Positions 30,903 through 43,900 of a stretch of 64,000 nucleotides of DNA are shown here, one piece after another. The notes below the pieces were generated by a model. That model was not told the origin of the DNA. It worked only from the letters and a program-made list of their open reading frames with translations, and searched no databases. The stretch's first letter is position 1, and each line of letters starts with the position of its first letter. The DNA comes from Chrysomallon squamiferum (taxonomy: Eukaryota > Animalia > Mollusca). The stretch covers positions 37,262,001 to 37,326,000 of the forward strand of contig CM022670.1 in the NCBI GenBank assembly GCA_012295275.1. Direction: 5' to 3'. The position numbers and the translations under genes were made by a program.

Positions 30903-33595
30903 ATGACGTCATATAGACTGTTAATGCGTTGGCTTGTTTCTGTATACCGTATTACCAAGAAACGCATTATTCACGGAAGATGTCGAGGATACACGTCACT
31001 TATATTTCTTGTTGTGCTTTTGCTGTTCTACCTCTTATGTAAGTCTGTGTACATCTACTGATTTGTAATAAATCGAGAACTGCCTTAGAGACATATTACG
31101 TAAATTTAGAACCAGTCATGTTAAGCTTTCTGTAGAAACTGGTAGATGGTTTAGTATTGAAAGAGAAGACAGAAATGTCGTTTATATAATTCTGATACTG
31201 GTGATGAGTTCCACTACATTTTTAACTGTGCATCTTTATCTTCTGAGAGAAATAAATATATACTATAGGGTCATTCCATGTCAAATCACCCCCCCAATGA
31301 AAAAATGTTTAAACCCGACCGTCTCAGATTTTTATGAAACTTGGTATACTTCAAACTAAATAATAATGGCAGATTTGGAATCCTTATCATATTGCCTTTT
31401 CAACAATACCAATTTTATGAAGATTGGCCCAGTAGTTCCTGAGATGTGAGGGTTCAAATGTTGGTGGTCACGCCCATTTTGGCCGAAAATCTCAAAATTC
31501 GGGATGGGGTCATATCTCCCAAAACACTGGTCCGATTGGCCTAAAATTTCGGATTTGGTGCTGTGGTATCCCAATCAACAAGTATACCAAGTTTCATAAA
31601 AAATCTGAGACGGTCGGGTTTAACCCATTGGGTGATTTGACACGGAATGACCCAATATTATTATACACTTAGACCAAATGAATAACATTTCAACATTTAT
31701 TTTCTACAGCAAGAAAAATTTACTTTTGTATAAACTTTCCCGATTTTTATCATCGAGAGAGTTAGTCTTCTGGGTTAAATAATAATTAATATATTTTGTA
31801 CCACTATAGAAAATACTGTTTAAATTACGTTTTATTTAAGTAAACTTCCTGCCTTGTCTTGATGAATTTATTTTGTATTTTGAACAGTAGATTATTATTA
31901 TTATTATTATTAATTGATTAGTACATTTTAATTTATTCTATTAATGTTTTACATTTAAATATTATTTTCATTGTTTAATAAATTATTATTCTTTATTTTA
32001 TTTTGTTATTATTTTATTGTCAATTTACCTAAACCTTTCGGAGAATTTTGAAAATCCGTCAGCCATATATATATATATATATATATAGTTTATTAATTTA
32101 GTTATTTATTACTTATTTATTTTTATCAGTGTTTTTGTTTTATTAAGTACTAATTTATTTTAAGGTGTAGATTAAATAGTACTTATTTTCGTTTTTTAAT
32201 TTCAGATCATTTGGTTTATGTCATTGGGATATGGTATGGAAACCCCAGTGTAGTGAGTACTTATAATCTGCAAAATCGTATAATTAACAAAATCGTTGGT
32301 GATAAAAAATTAAAGAAATATAAATATAATGTTTGTTTCTTTGTGGGTTTTTTGTGTGTGGTTTTTTTCTGTTGTTGTTTTTTTCGTGGTTTTTGCTTGT
32401 GGGTTTTCTGTGGGGTTTTTTCGTTCTTTTGTTGTTGTTTTTCGTTTTTTTGTTGTCCCTTATTTTTTTTATTTTTTTTGGGGGGGTGGTATTGAGTAAT
32501 ATTGTAATGCGAATCGTAATAGAAATATGTGTCTGAACAAATATATATATATATATATATATGTATATAGAGAGACAGATCAAATTCCATATGTCAACAT
32601 TTATTTTATTTTAATGTTAGAAGCAGATTTAAAATAACCTAACTGGATTTTATTTATTTTATTTTATTTATTTTTTTCTAAATTAATTTTAGGACCGATG
32701 GTGTGAACGTACGGAAATTCCCAGCTACCTGCTGCGGAGAGAACCAGATGAAATAACTTTAGTAACGGCGTACTTCAACCTCGGAGTCTTGAAAACCGGG
32801 AGAAGGTTCTGGGACTACACTGCTCCCTATAAATACAAACAGTGGATGCGGCCGCTGGGAAGAATAGCCAACCCACTGATCGTCTACGTAGAAGATGACG
32901 ACATGGTAAAATATCTGAGGGAGATTCGATCCTGCTTCCCTGCGAACAATACGATAGTTATCAAATTACACAGATCTGAGTTGTGGTCGTTTTCCATTAT
33001 GGACAATGTGACCAAAATTTATTCTAACTCCTCGTATCCAAAGTTTTATCCTAACACAGTGAGTGCTGAATACACGTGTGTTAAACATTCCAAGTACGAG
33101 TTGTTGAAAACTACCATAGAAGCAGATCTGTGCAAAACGCCAGCCCTTGCGTGGATAGATTCGGGATATTTCAAACATTTGGACGGCAGCGACGTAGAAC
33201 CATTTAAACTTTTGGTTCCATCAAAATTTAACCCAGAAAAGATTGGCTTTACGCAGATAATGCCAAGAGATCCTTATCTTACCCCAACCACTGTGATGAC
33301 GAAAAATGCCGTATGGGTTTCCACGGGATTTATTCTCGGAGTGCCTGATATTTTGAAAACGTTTATGGACCAGTATATGTCTAGCGTCAAAGAGTTTTTA
33401 AAGACTGGTCTCATGAACTCCGACGAACAGGTGATCTATGCAATGTATACCGTTAATCAGCCTTTTACGCGTTTTGCCAAGGTTGTGAAAGGGTACACGT
33501 GTAACCAAGGACAGCTGGGTTTATACGGCTCCGACACTCAGTTTTACTGTTTAGGTTATGTATGCAAACACATTTGGGAGAGGATTACACCGTGA
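30903..33595 (+). CDS. HtrL/YibB (WlaTC)-like putative glycosyltransferase with N-terminal type II membrane anchor, 3 exons, ~361 aa
   Basis: Exons 30903-31038, 32206-32252 and 32693-33595 in phase. A basic cytosolic tail and hydrophobic LIFLVVLLLFYLLY segment precede EITLVTAYFNLG, KYELLK, AWIDSGYF, GFILG and SDEQVI, which match HtrL-family motifs as I recall them. The true start may lie further upstream. Confidence 0.75.
31268..31653. mobile_element. MITE / non-autonomous DNA transposon with long (~75-85 bp) imperfect terminal inverted repeats, in intron 1 of the HtrL-like gene
   Basis: Left end gggtcattccatgtcaaatcaccc...aaacccgaccgtctcagatttttatgaaacttggtatactt. Reverse complement of right end gggtcattccgtgtcaaatcaccc...aaacccgaccgtctcagattttttatgaaacttggtatactt. 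No clean TSD (tata|...|aata). Confidence 0.9.
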
Positions 33596-34590
33596 TAGTC
33601 TATTTCACTTTTTGTTTTTTATATTATTTTTCTCTTTTTTAAAAAAAATAATAAATCTGATACAAAACTTTATCTTTTCTTTTAACTTGGTTTTATTATA
33701 AAAAAATAATAAAATGTATAAATAATTTTTGAATTGGTTATCGTGAAATTTTTGAAATATTAAATTAAACATCCATTTGATTCATGAAATTTAATATTCC
33801 ATAGCTCTTTGTTATAGGGTGTAATATCTGAGACATGACTGGTCGCTAATCAAAGATTATAGTATTTATTTTAAATCTCTGTAGGAAGATCCATTGTTAA
33901 TAGTCATTAATTGTACTGCATTAAATTGCAATAGTTAGTTTCCCTCACATTTCATCACACACGAAACGTATAACTGACATCCAGTAATATAAATGTTACG
34001 GTAACTGTAAATATTAGATCATTCAAAAATCGCTGTTAAAAGAAAAATGTCTGGCTTTTTTCTTCTTTTTTTTTTCTTTTTAGCCCGAACGATGGAGAAA
34101 AGAGGTTGTGATGTTTAGTGCATTTCCTTTATTTACAGATAATCTATTGTTTATTGTGCGCATATTAAATTAAGTAAACGAAAAGAAACAAATAACAACA
34201 AGAATAAAACAAATTTGATTTACTTTTCAAATGTTACAAAATGAAAACATTTTAAAACATTTTTTTCACAGATATTAACATTTATTTTAGTTAAACATCA
34301 GCTATTCTATTTAATAATAATAAAAAATGAGTCAGTAATAAAACAAATGAGACACAATTAAAATAAACGTATGTTCCCTGGATATGAATACCTATTGCGC
34401 TTTCGAATTAAAAGCTTCAAAAAACATGTTTTAAAATGTCTAGTGATAAAAGAAATAAAGAAACATCTTTTTCATATATCTATTTAAAATGTTCTGGGTA
34501 ATAAAAATAATCATTGAAAAAGTGAATTTAAAAAAAAAAAAAATATGATACATACATGTATATAATATATCTTTCTTTAAGTTATGTTTA

Positions 34591-36042
34591 TCACATCCAG
34601 CCATTTGATTTTCCAGCACTGTGAGGTGATGTGGAATATGCAGGTAGGGGATTCCCAGGAACCGTGTAATGTCCGTAAGGATAAGAATTTCTAAATGAAG
34701 AATCCACAAAATTAGCACTAGGATTCATCATGTTAAAAGTGTTATTCATACCACTGTCAATTAAACCGGAATTGCCAATATGTTGTTGCTGAAGTCCTTG
34801 AGAATAATAAGAAGCCATTACTTGCTGAGAACTCTGTTCGCCGAAGGGAGACGTTTGGGTAATTTCTTGGGGTAAAGCTTGAAATGAACCGTTTGACATC
34901 TGTTCATGACACATTCGGCTGATGGGTGAACCTGAACACGAAGGTCCAAATGGCGAAGTAACTTCTGGTGATTTCTCATAACCGCTTTCGTCAGATGTTC
35001 CGCTTATAAATCCAGGTTGGTGAAAATAGGGATTCCAAATTGGTGCATTGTTATTCTGAACTAAATGCCGAGATTCAAGAATAGGTGGCGGCGACGATGG
35101 TGTTGAAACAGTGGACTGTGGTGACGTCTGGTTCTGATGAACTAGAGATCGATTCCAGCTGGAACTAGCTATTCCAGAACCTTCTGGATAATTATAACTG
35201 TATCCGGGTTGAACAATAACATTAGGATTGGCATTGGTTCGACTCTTCTTTCTCACTCCATCTTTATAACGGTATCTGCGTCTCAGAAAACTGCCGTGAT
35301 CAAACATGTCTTCGTATTCTGGATCTATCGCCCACTGATGTCCCTTTTCACCAGGTCGTCTTGCCATCTTTACAAAACAATCATTGAGAGCCAGATTGTG
35401 ACGTATTGATCCCCTCCAGCCCTTTGGGTTCGGATGATCGATGTAATAAGGGAACCGTTCTTCTATAAATTTGTATATCTCGTGTAATGTCATACGTCTG
35501 TCATCAGCATTAGCAATAGCCATACTTATAAGAGCGATGTAACTGTATGGTGGCTTTCCTTTTGGAATAGGTCGTTTCCTTTTCCTAGACTTTATGTTTC
35601 CTATTTCTGGCGTTTTCTCATCGTCAGCTATTTCCGGAGATTTCTGTTCGTTTCCATCAATGCCGCTGTCTGAACTTTTGTCTCTGACGTCAACGATCTC
35701 ATCGCTGATGGGACTAAGCTCAGGGTCCTGCCGTGTTCCGGTTTTACAACTGTCATTCAATAAACACGACTGCGGGTTAAAGTTTACAGCGAATATATCA
35801 TTTTCTTGATCAATATCTTGTTTAACACTATTTGACTTTTCAGTGTCCAGCATCTGAAAATACTGTTGCTGTATAACGTGAGATGGAATGTTATTCGCAG
35901 AACTTTGCATATACGAACTGGAATGTTGGTTGTCAAAAGCACTCATATCGTTTCTTGCGAACTCCATTTGGTATGGGTCGTATATGGCTGACGGATTTTC
36001 AAAATTTGTTCGATCTCCGAAAGGTTTAGGTAAATTTTCCAT
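34591..36042 (-). CDS. Forkhead box transcription factor (clade I, intronless; subfamily unassigned), 483 aa
   Basis: [14 protein letters not shown]...[17 protein letters not shown]...W..SIRHNL.LNDCFVK...KGHQWAIDP...[11 protein letters not shown] is a forkhead domain, flanked by S/Q/P-rich regions. Confidence 0.95.
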   Translation of the reverse strand: MENLPKPFGDRTNFENPSAIYDPYQMEFARNDMSAFDNQHSSSYMQSSANNIPSHVIQQQYFQMLDTEKSNSVKQDIDQENDIFAVNFNPQSCLLNDSCKTGTRQDPELSPISDEIVDVRDKSSDSGIDGNEQKSPEIADDEKTPEIGNIKSRKRKRPIPKGKPPYSYIALISMAIANADDRRMTLHEIYKFIEERFPYYIDHPNPKGWRGSIRHNLALNDCFVKMARRPGEKGHQWAIDPEYEDMFDHGSFLRRRYRYKDGVRKKSRTNANPNVIVQPGYSYNYPEGSGIASSSWNRSLVHQNQTSPQSTVSTPSSPPPILESRHLVQNNNAPIWNPYFHQPGFISGTSDESGYEKSPEVTSPFGPSCSGSPISRMCHEQMSNGSFQALPQEITQTSPFGEQSSQQVMASYYSQGLQQQHIGNSGLIDSGMNNTFNMMNPSANFVDSSFRNSYPYGHYTVPGNPLPAYSTSPHSAGKSNGWM

Positions 36043-36229
36043 AATGACAATGTTAGAGGAATCAATGTTTATAAACCGAATTTAAAATTACAGAGGAGAC
36101 ATGAAGTCTAAAACTTCAAACTATTGCTCAGACATATCAATCCTACGACATTTAGGCAGAAGCACACGAATGTTAACTGACTGTCAAATGTTCACAAGTT
36201 GGAGTAAAAAGATTCATAGTCACAAACGA

Positions 36230-36500
36230 GATGGCCTCCTGATTATTTGTCACTTTCAGCTCCGTGTCTGAGGATGGCCGTCATTGGCTGCACGTGGACC
36301 ACTCCAAAGAAATCAACTCGAAGCGAAGATGTCGATTGCTAAAGAATGATCGGCCAATCAGATTAATCAGACTGGTCGGGCCCTGCGTAGTTAAGACAAT
36401 CGAATACGCTCGTGAAGTTGCGAGCCGAGGCTTGGTGTCAGCAGGGTGTTGTTACTAACAGGAGCAGACGTCAATGGATTAAGTCGGCGTGCAGTGTGGT
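36230..36500 (-). promoter_or_regulatory. CpG/GC-rich putative promoter of the Fox gene
   Basis: GC-rich island upstream of the Fox ATG with two CCAAT boxes (attgg ~36283, ccaat ~36354), an E-box cacgtg (36291) and a CRE-like gacgtca (~36467). Confidence 0.5.
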
Positions 36501-37232
36501 CAGTAAGATCAAAGAAAATCTAAGAACAAAACGTAACAAAACTGATACAATTCATTGCACAAAAATAAGGCCAATTCTGTAAAATTTATAAAAAATATAC
36601 AAATAGATGTACAGTGCAAAAATAAGTCCAATACATTTATTTTCATCTCGAAGAAAAAAAGGTCGATGCTGTTTTTTTCCCATTTTTAGATTTTTTTAAA
36701 ATTTATTATTAAATACTGGAATAAAATGCTGACAGTAATCGATGAAAATATATTTTTATGTCATTTATATAAATGAAGTTAATGTAATTAATACCACATA
36801 TCTCTCATTTTTGTACGTTTACTTATAAACCATATTCTGTATAAACTGTTTAAAGGTTGGTTGTTGTTGTTTTTTATTATTATTATTTTATTTCTAATCA
36901 GAATAATTTAATGGTAATAAAAGCATGCACACAGGTGTTGCAGACACATCACAACAATCAAGTACACCCATGTTTTATAGAACAGTTATCAAAATAAACT
37001 GCAATTAAACAGAACAGCCAAACAATGACGTGAAACTTGTATACTGATTATTGTGTTAGTTTTATTGTTACAACATAATAATCGTCTGGTATCTCGATCT
37101 TTTCTCTTTTTGTTTTTGTTTTTGTTTTTGTTTTTCTTCTTACTATTATTATTATTAATTTTTCAGATATATTTTTACTTTTCTTGAACTAAATTTAAAC
37201 TTTTTATCGTATAATAATATTAATAATAATAA

Positions 37233-37271
<39 letters not shown>

Positions 37272-37418
37272 AAGTAGTAGAAGAAAGAAGAAGACATAAT
37301 GGTAAAATTTAACCCATAACAAACATGTTTGACCAGTTCTACGATGAAAGAATGTTTAAATTACATGAAAATAGCAACCATTTAAAATCTTTTCTCATAA
37401 TTTCAGTACAAAAAACAA

Positions 37419-37450
<32 letters not shown>

Positions 37451-37570
37451 ATAAATAATAAAAAGGATGGAAACAAGTTAAATGGGAAAACACTGAAATA
37501 ACGAAATAATGGATTTAAAAATAATAATAATTCTTAATACTTTCATAATATATATATGTGTGTGTGTGTG

Positions 37571-37601
<31 letters not shown>

Positions 37602-38652
37602 TATTCCAGAAAAAAAGCTGAGACAATAAGGCATCTAATTTTGTTTGATTACTTAGTTCATTTAGTAATTTGTGAAAATAGAACGGTAGAAGAAACAGCA
37701 CAATAGAAATTTGGGACATGTTATAATTAATGTTTTATTTTGGTTGTTAGTAAGGTATTCTTGTTGCAAAATAATGGCACAATCCTTTGTGGGCAAACTA
37801 ATACATTACTGGTCAGTTTACAGTTCTCCACTTTTGAACAGGAAATCAATATTGTTTAAATCCGAATGGTTTGCCTTTAAAATGTTAAATCAGCAAACAG
37901 TTAAGATACATTTTAAAGAGTTTATTAAGGAACGAAATTTTGATAACTATTTCTATGGTGTAATGACTGCATAACATACCACAGCTTTTAAGATTCCATT
38001 TCGTCGGGATAAAAATATCTACATTAGTAATTTATCACTAAGTATGTGTTGTTAAAAGACCCTTTTATTCGTGATAGATTGTGTTTATAACAAGAACACT
38101 GTTGAGTTTTTTTTAATTTTTCTTCATTATTACTCTCACGATTTCAGGTACGAAAAGTTAAATATACACAAAAAATAAAAACAACTCGCTGGGTAGGTTG
38201 GTGACAATGGCTGTCTTGTTTCGTGTATATCCAGCAGTTTCCTCGTTGTTAATGGACCCAAGCTGTCAGTGAAGACGTTGAGTAGTAATCTTTTGAAGTT
38301 GAATAACAGATGTATTTTACATTAGCTGATATTACTTTTATTTCTCTTTTTTTCTTTTCTTTCGTTTATGGCTTATTTTTTTATTATATGTATGGTTTGT
38401 AAAGTTGGTTGGTTGGTTAGCTCTTCCTTTCGTTTTTTTTGTTTTTGTTTTTTTCATTTTTACTGAACTGACTTGTAAAATACTTTTTCTCTCCTTCTTA
38501 TCTATTTTTATTTTCCATTAATTATTTAATTCTGTATCTTTTAATAATATTAAACTGTATTAAATAAATATAGTTATATTAAGACGATTAGCTTGACAAT
38601 AATTGATGTCTCCATGATAAATAAAACACTATAATTGAAGCAACTAATATCA

Positions 38653-38695
<43 letters not shown>

Positions 38696-38859
38696 AATGA
38701 ACAAAACAGAAGAAATTATTTTAAATATTATATTAAAGGCGTATCAGGTATGTTTGCATTATGGACATGTTAATAGACCTAATACAACTGGGAGATTAAA
38801 TCTTCCACATAAATAAATTAACTGAATATTTGTTTTCATATGATAATATTGTTGTTTGT

Positions 38860-38894
<35 letters not shown>

Positions 38895-39045
38895 TTATTA
38901 TTATTAGGTGGGTTTTTTCTTATGGTGTACTTAATTTTATTTTTAATTAATATGTTTTCATTTTATTTTTCATCAAGAAAATAAGTTCACTATTAATGAT
39001 GCAGTTTCTTTTTTAAAAAGTGTTCTAATTACTGATCTTGCCGAA

Positions 39046-39046
<1 letters not shown>

Positions 39047-39103
<57 letters not shown>
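39047..39103. repeat. (CT)n microsatellite
   Basis: Read directly from the sequence. Confidence 0.95.
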
Positions 39104-39106
<3 letters not shown>

Positions 39107-40969
39107 ATGACTGTTGGAAAAAGAGAACGAACTTAGAGAAACGGTTGATTAATATATTTAATTAAAACAGACTTTCATTTCCCTTGTGATAGCTGCAATA
39201 ATTAAAATGTGTGTGTGTGTGTGTGTGTGTAATTTTATTTTTCTCTATCTCTCGCTGCTTTAATTACTCCATGTAACAAGTAATAATTATATAAATGAAG
39301 AATCTTTGAACTGGACATAGTGTGAGTTTAGCCCCATCAAGCGACTCGGTACGGTTATTCTTATTTCAGCATGGATGCTGTCTGCAGGTTCAATAACGTA
39401 CAATTCTGCTTGGTATGGTTCCACGTGTCAAGTACCTTAAGAAGGTGACGTTTAAACAATGGAAACAATAACTTTAAGAAGGTAGGTACACGAGCTTTCC
39501 TTTCATCTGATAATACTCAAGCGGTTATGAACCTTAATTTAGTCAGGTCAGGGATTAGAGATTAACTAGCGAACAACTCGAGACATTGTTAACCCTCGTA
39601 AAACAAAGATTTCACAGCAGCACCCAAAGGAGAAGGGTTTTTAGAGCCTGCTAATCGTTGTCTGCTCTTGGAACCTCGCTCTAGGCGCCTGCACTTGTCC
39701 CCGTGGAAAACTGCAGGTGACTGGTGTTGGCGATATGGGTGCATTTTCATATTATAAGAGATCCGTGCTTTCTTTTGTTTTCTCAGTTGTTAACCACTCG
39801 ATATTCCCTGTCTTGCTCGACATGATCAAAGAGCATTCGCCGAGCGATTTGATTAGATTACAAGAACATTCGCCGTGTCTATTATTACAGTTATCTTCAG
39901 GTTTGATTTATTCTATATTTTTTAAATGCATTACTAATCAACATCTATGTCCACTGTAATTTTAAAATTTAATAAATGAACTGTCTCATTTGTAATAAAA
40001 TTTGATTGATTATTATTACATGCAATTATCTTCGAGTTTCTCTATTATTTTTATGAATTTAAAATTCATCATTTGAAATACATCATTTTTTAAAAAAATG
40101 TATTAGTTTTAAATTATTTACTTAGGTTTATATATTACCAAGCAATGAACTTAATTTTCGAAAATAAAATTATTTGTATATGTGTGTGTGGCACAAATTA
40201 TTTCATTTTTTTAAATATTTAAATCGTAAGCTAAATGAATGACTTAACATCTCTTTTCAAATGGTCATTGTCTCTAGATTAACTCAAGAGTATATATTAC
40301 AGAAATAAACTTTAAGATAATATGAAATATGGCGACATTTCGTTGGAATGAAATAACATTTAACTAAAAAAAAAAAAAAAAAAAAAAAGACAACTAATAA
40401 TAGAAATAAGATTTTAATTAAACCTAATAAATGATACGTATTGTATCAATCCAAATTATTAACAATGATGATGATATTGTTGCCTTTTTTATTTATAAAC
40501 TATATATAGCTATAAGCTATATACGTGTAACTGTATTTTATGCGTTAGTCTTTTCCGTGGTTTAACATTAAAATTATATATATGCATTTTCCTCAAATTA
40601 AGACAAATACTTTCAACAAATGCTTTTTCTTTTAATATGATGCCATCTACTTTTCTGTAAAACTGGTTCTAATTTCGATCACGTTAAAATCATTATAGAA
40701 ATTAGAAGCAAAAGGAATACATAAATAACTTAGGTTAGGATTTAACCGCTAATTATCTTCTCTTGAATACACTGGAGTCTCTGATTCTTTACGCAATTTG
40801 TTATTCTGTATAAAGCAGAATTCCATCTTTGTACCAGTTAATGGTTTTATATTAATGGCGCTTTGTTCGAATTTTGTATTCGAAGTTATTTCATATTATT
40901 ATTTACTATTTGTTTCTTATTAAATGCTTATAAAATTATGTTCTTGTTACGAGGTATTTACTGGACGTC

Positions 40970-43900
40970 ATGAATCGGGTACTATTTTAGGATTTTGTTT
41001 TTGATAATTAAATGTTTCAAACTATTATACAATTTAATATTTATAGGATTAATATTTTAACTTCAAATCACCTACGAAATTATTACAATTACTGAATTAG
41101 TATGAATTACTCAATTACTGAGCGAAGCCCCTATCCAGCATTTATTATTTTATAAAATAAATATAATTACTAAATTAAGTGATTGTTAATTCACAAATAA
41201 TTCAAGTTAAATAAAAACATTTAAAATTAAATTGGATACCAAATTTGAAATCTGACTTTATTTCTTTGGTATCGTCTCAATGCAGATTTAAAATGTACAG
41301 TATTATGTGATTATTTGGTATTTGATTTTTAAACAGAGATCAGTTGTTGAAAATGACATCAATGATGAAATCTTGTACAATAATAATGTGACAACTCCAG
41401 ATTTGAACCACAGCACTGTTTTAAGTCATGACGAGTATCCTAACGATGATGATTGTGATGATATTCAGTGTACTCAACCACTGCCTATTCTCAATGGTAA
41501 GTAATTTTGAAAAAATTAAAAATAATTTTTATTTTATTTTTGTTTTAAAGTTATACTACATGTATTAGAACTAAGTGAATAAGTTTCCTTCAAAATATTT
41601 AAATGCTTGTGTAACTTCTTTACTGTTTATTCGCTGTCATATTGCACTATTTTTTAAACGTTACTATTATGTGTTTTCTTATATGATGGAAAAAATGTAA
41701 ATATTACAGTTTTAAATGAACAATTGGTTTTACAGGTGTTGTAGCATTTGTTGATGTACGGACCAAAAAATGACAACCGAAGCCATGGTATTTCATGTGT
41801 ACTGGAACAGCTCGGAGCTAGAGTGGTTGAAAAGTTTACAAACGATGTCACACATGTTATTTTCAAAGAGGGAAGGAAGATGACAATTAATAAAGCAACC
41901 AAGAAGGGAATTCATCTTGTTTCTGTTCTTTGGATAGATCAGTGAGTACATTTTATAACAACATTTAATATACATATGCACAACACACACAAATACGCAC
42001 ACACATACAAACACTCAAACACACACATCTTTTTCCATTCCTTTTTGTAAACATTTACTCAGATATTATTAATTAGCCATCAGACCACCATTTCCCACAG
42101 TTCACCACTGTTGATTTATGAAAAGAATTGCTACTTTTCAGTGTATGAGAAGGAGCATATAAAACATCCCTTCTTACTGACTGATGTATAAACCAAGGAA
42201 TGACAGTTTTTTTCTCTCATTATATCAGAAATTAATTACTAATACATGGCAGTAACTACATTGAGTCAAATGAGGCAATTGCCTCATGCAGAAATTGACA
42301 ACTTTTTTTTAATACAAGCATTTTATTCCAATAGAAACAATATCCACTGAATGAATTCGTTTATGTCTATGGCTACCATATGAAGCCCCCAGACCCACCA
42401 CGCCCAAATTTGTTTGCCCTACTCCTCTTGGTGATTAAATGTTTTTGCCTCAATTCAAAAATAGTCTAGTTACAGCCATGTAATATCTTATGATAATTTA
42501 TATTGTCTTCACTTATAATTCAAGGTGTATGAAGAATGAACGACGTGTTTCAGAAAAATTCTATCCTGCTATAGTGCCCGAACATGCTAAAGGAACACCA
42601 GTTATCATTGGTCGTCTTAAGGTAAATACTTGTGCATAATATACCATCTTCACAATTCATGCAAATAACAAATTCTGATATAGAGTTAAATATTTCAGTG
42701 TTTATCCATTACTTTCACATATCAAAACCCACAAAAGAGGTCTGAAACAGTATCACAGATACTAAGATTTAATTCCTGAATGACAGACAGCACTGTAAAT
42801 AGTTATCAAACAGTTTAAATCAATTTTATTTTCATCAACATAAATAATTCATTTAGTTCTGCACTCAGTATCTGGTGAAAGTTCAATTTGTTAACAAAAT
42901 GACTGATGGATGAGTTTAAAAAAAAAATAATTATGTGTTTGGACAGTTAACCAGTGATTGAATTATTTGATTAAATTTCAAATTTACTTATCTTTGTATT
43001 TTCTGTGCAGAAATTAAAATCAATGCAGCCTAATGATTTTGAAGATGATATTGCAAGAAGTGCAGAGACCAGCAAAAGACGACGTAAACGAATGGAAACA
43101 ATGAATCAGTTCCACATGTGTGAAAAAACCCCATCATGTTCACCACTCCCAGTACTAGTACAAGACACACAGCCCAGGTCACCAGTAAGTTATTATTTAC
43201 TTGTGTTAAAAGAACACAAAGAACTGAAATTAATATTGAAATATACTTAACAAAACCTATTTTTACTTTATAAATTCAGAATTTTAAAATAAGCTTGTTT
43301 TGTCATTGCCATCTTTTGTTAGGGGAAAAATATGATTAAAAACATAATTTTAAATTTCAAAAATAAAAAAACACAGACATAATAAAGGATATTTGTTGAA
43401 TTAATTAATGACACAGGCAAAATAGTAGTTTAAAAAATAAATCATATCAAATATTTTATTCAGCAAATGTAATTAAATTTTTCAGCATTCCTCAACATCA
43501 GATTGGCAGACCCCTGTGCTTTTATGTGTTCCAGACACACCACCATCTTTAAGAGAGAAACTACAGGAAATGCAACAAGCAAAGCAGAATGGTATATTTT
43601 CATTAATATTATTATTATTATTATTATGCTAATTAGTGCTGACAATATTAATTTATAAAACCAGATTAAGATCAGGTAATAATAAATAAACTTTAACTGT
43701 TGTTATTTTAAAATTATTTTGTTTTTCAGGAACACCATTTTCTCCATTTTCAAGAAAAGATGAACCACCAATAAAGAAACTTTTTGGTATGTATATTATT
43801 TTGCTGTTATTGGTTACAACAAAGAAAATAAAATCATTCTTGTTATTATTAGTTACTAGGATTTTTTTTGGGACAGGTTTATTGTTAAATTTATTTATGT

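Noticed and set aside
31356-31574. 72-aa ORF inside the MITE
   Set aside because: Too short, with no transposase motifs.
32261-32590. Lys-rich and Phe-rich ORFs
   Set aside because: Low-complexity T/G-rich intron sequence.
30903-33595. Bacterial contamination as the source of the HtrL-like sequence
   Set aside because: It has spliceosomal introns, an intronic host MITE and microsatellites, and is contiguous with animal genes.
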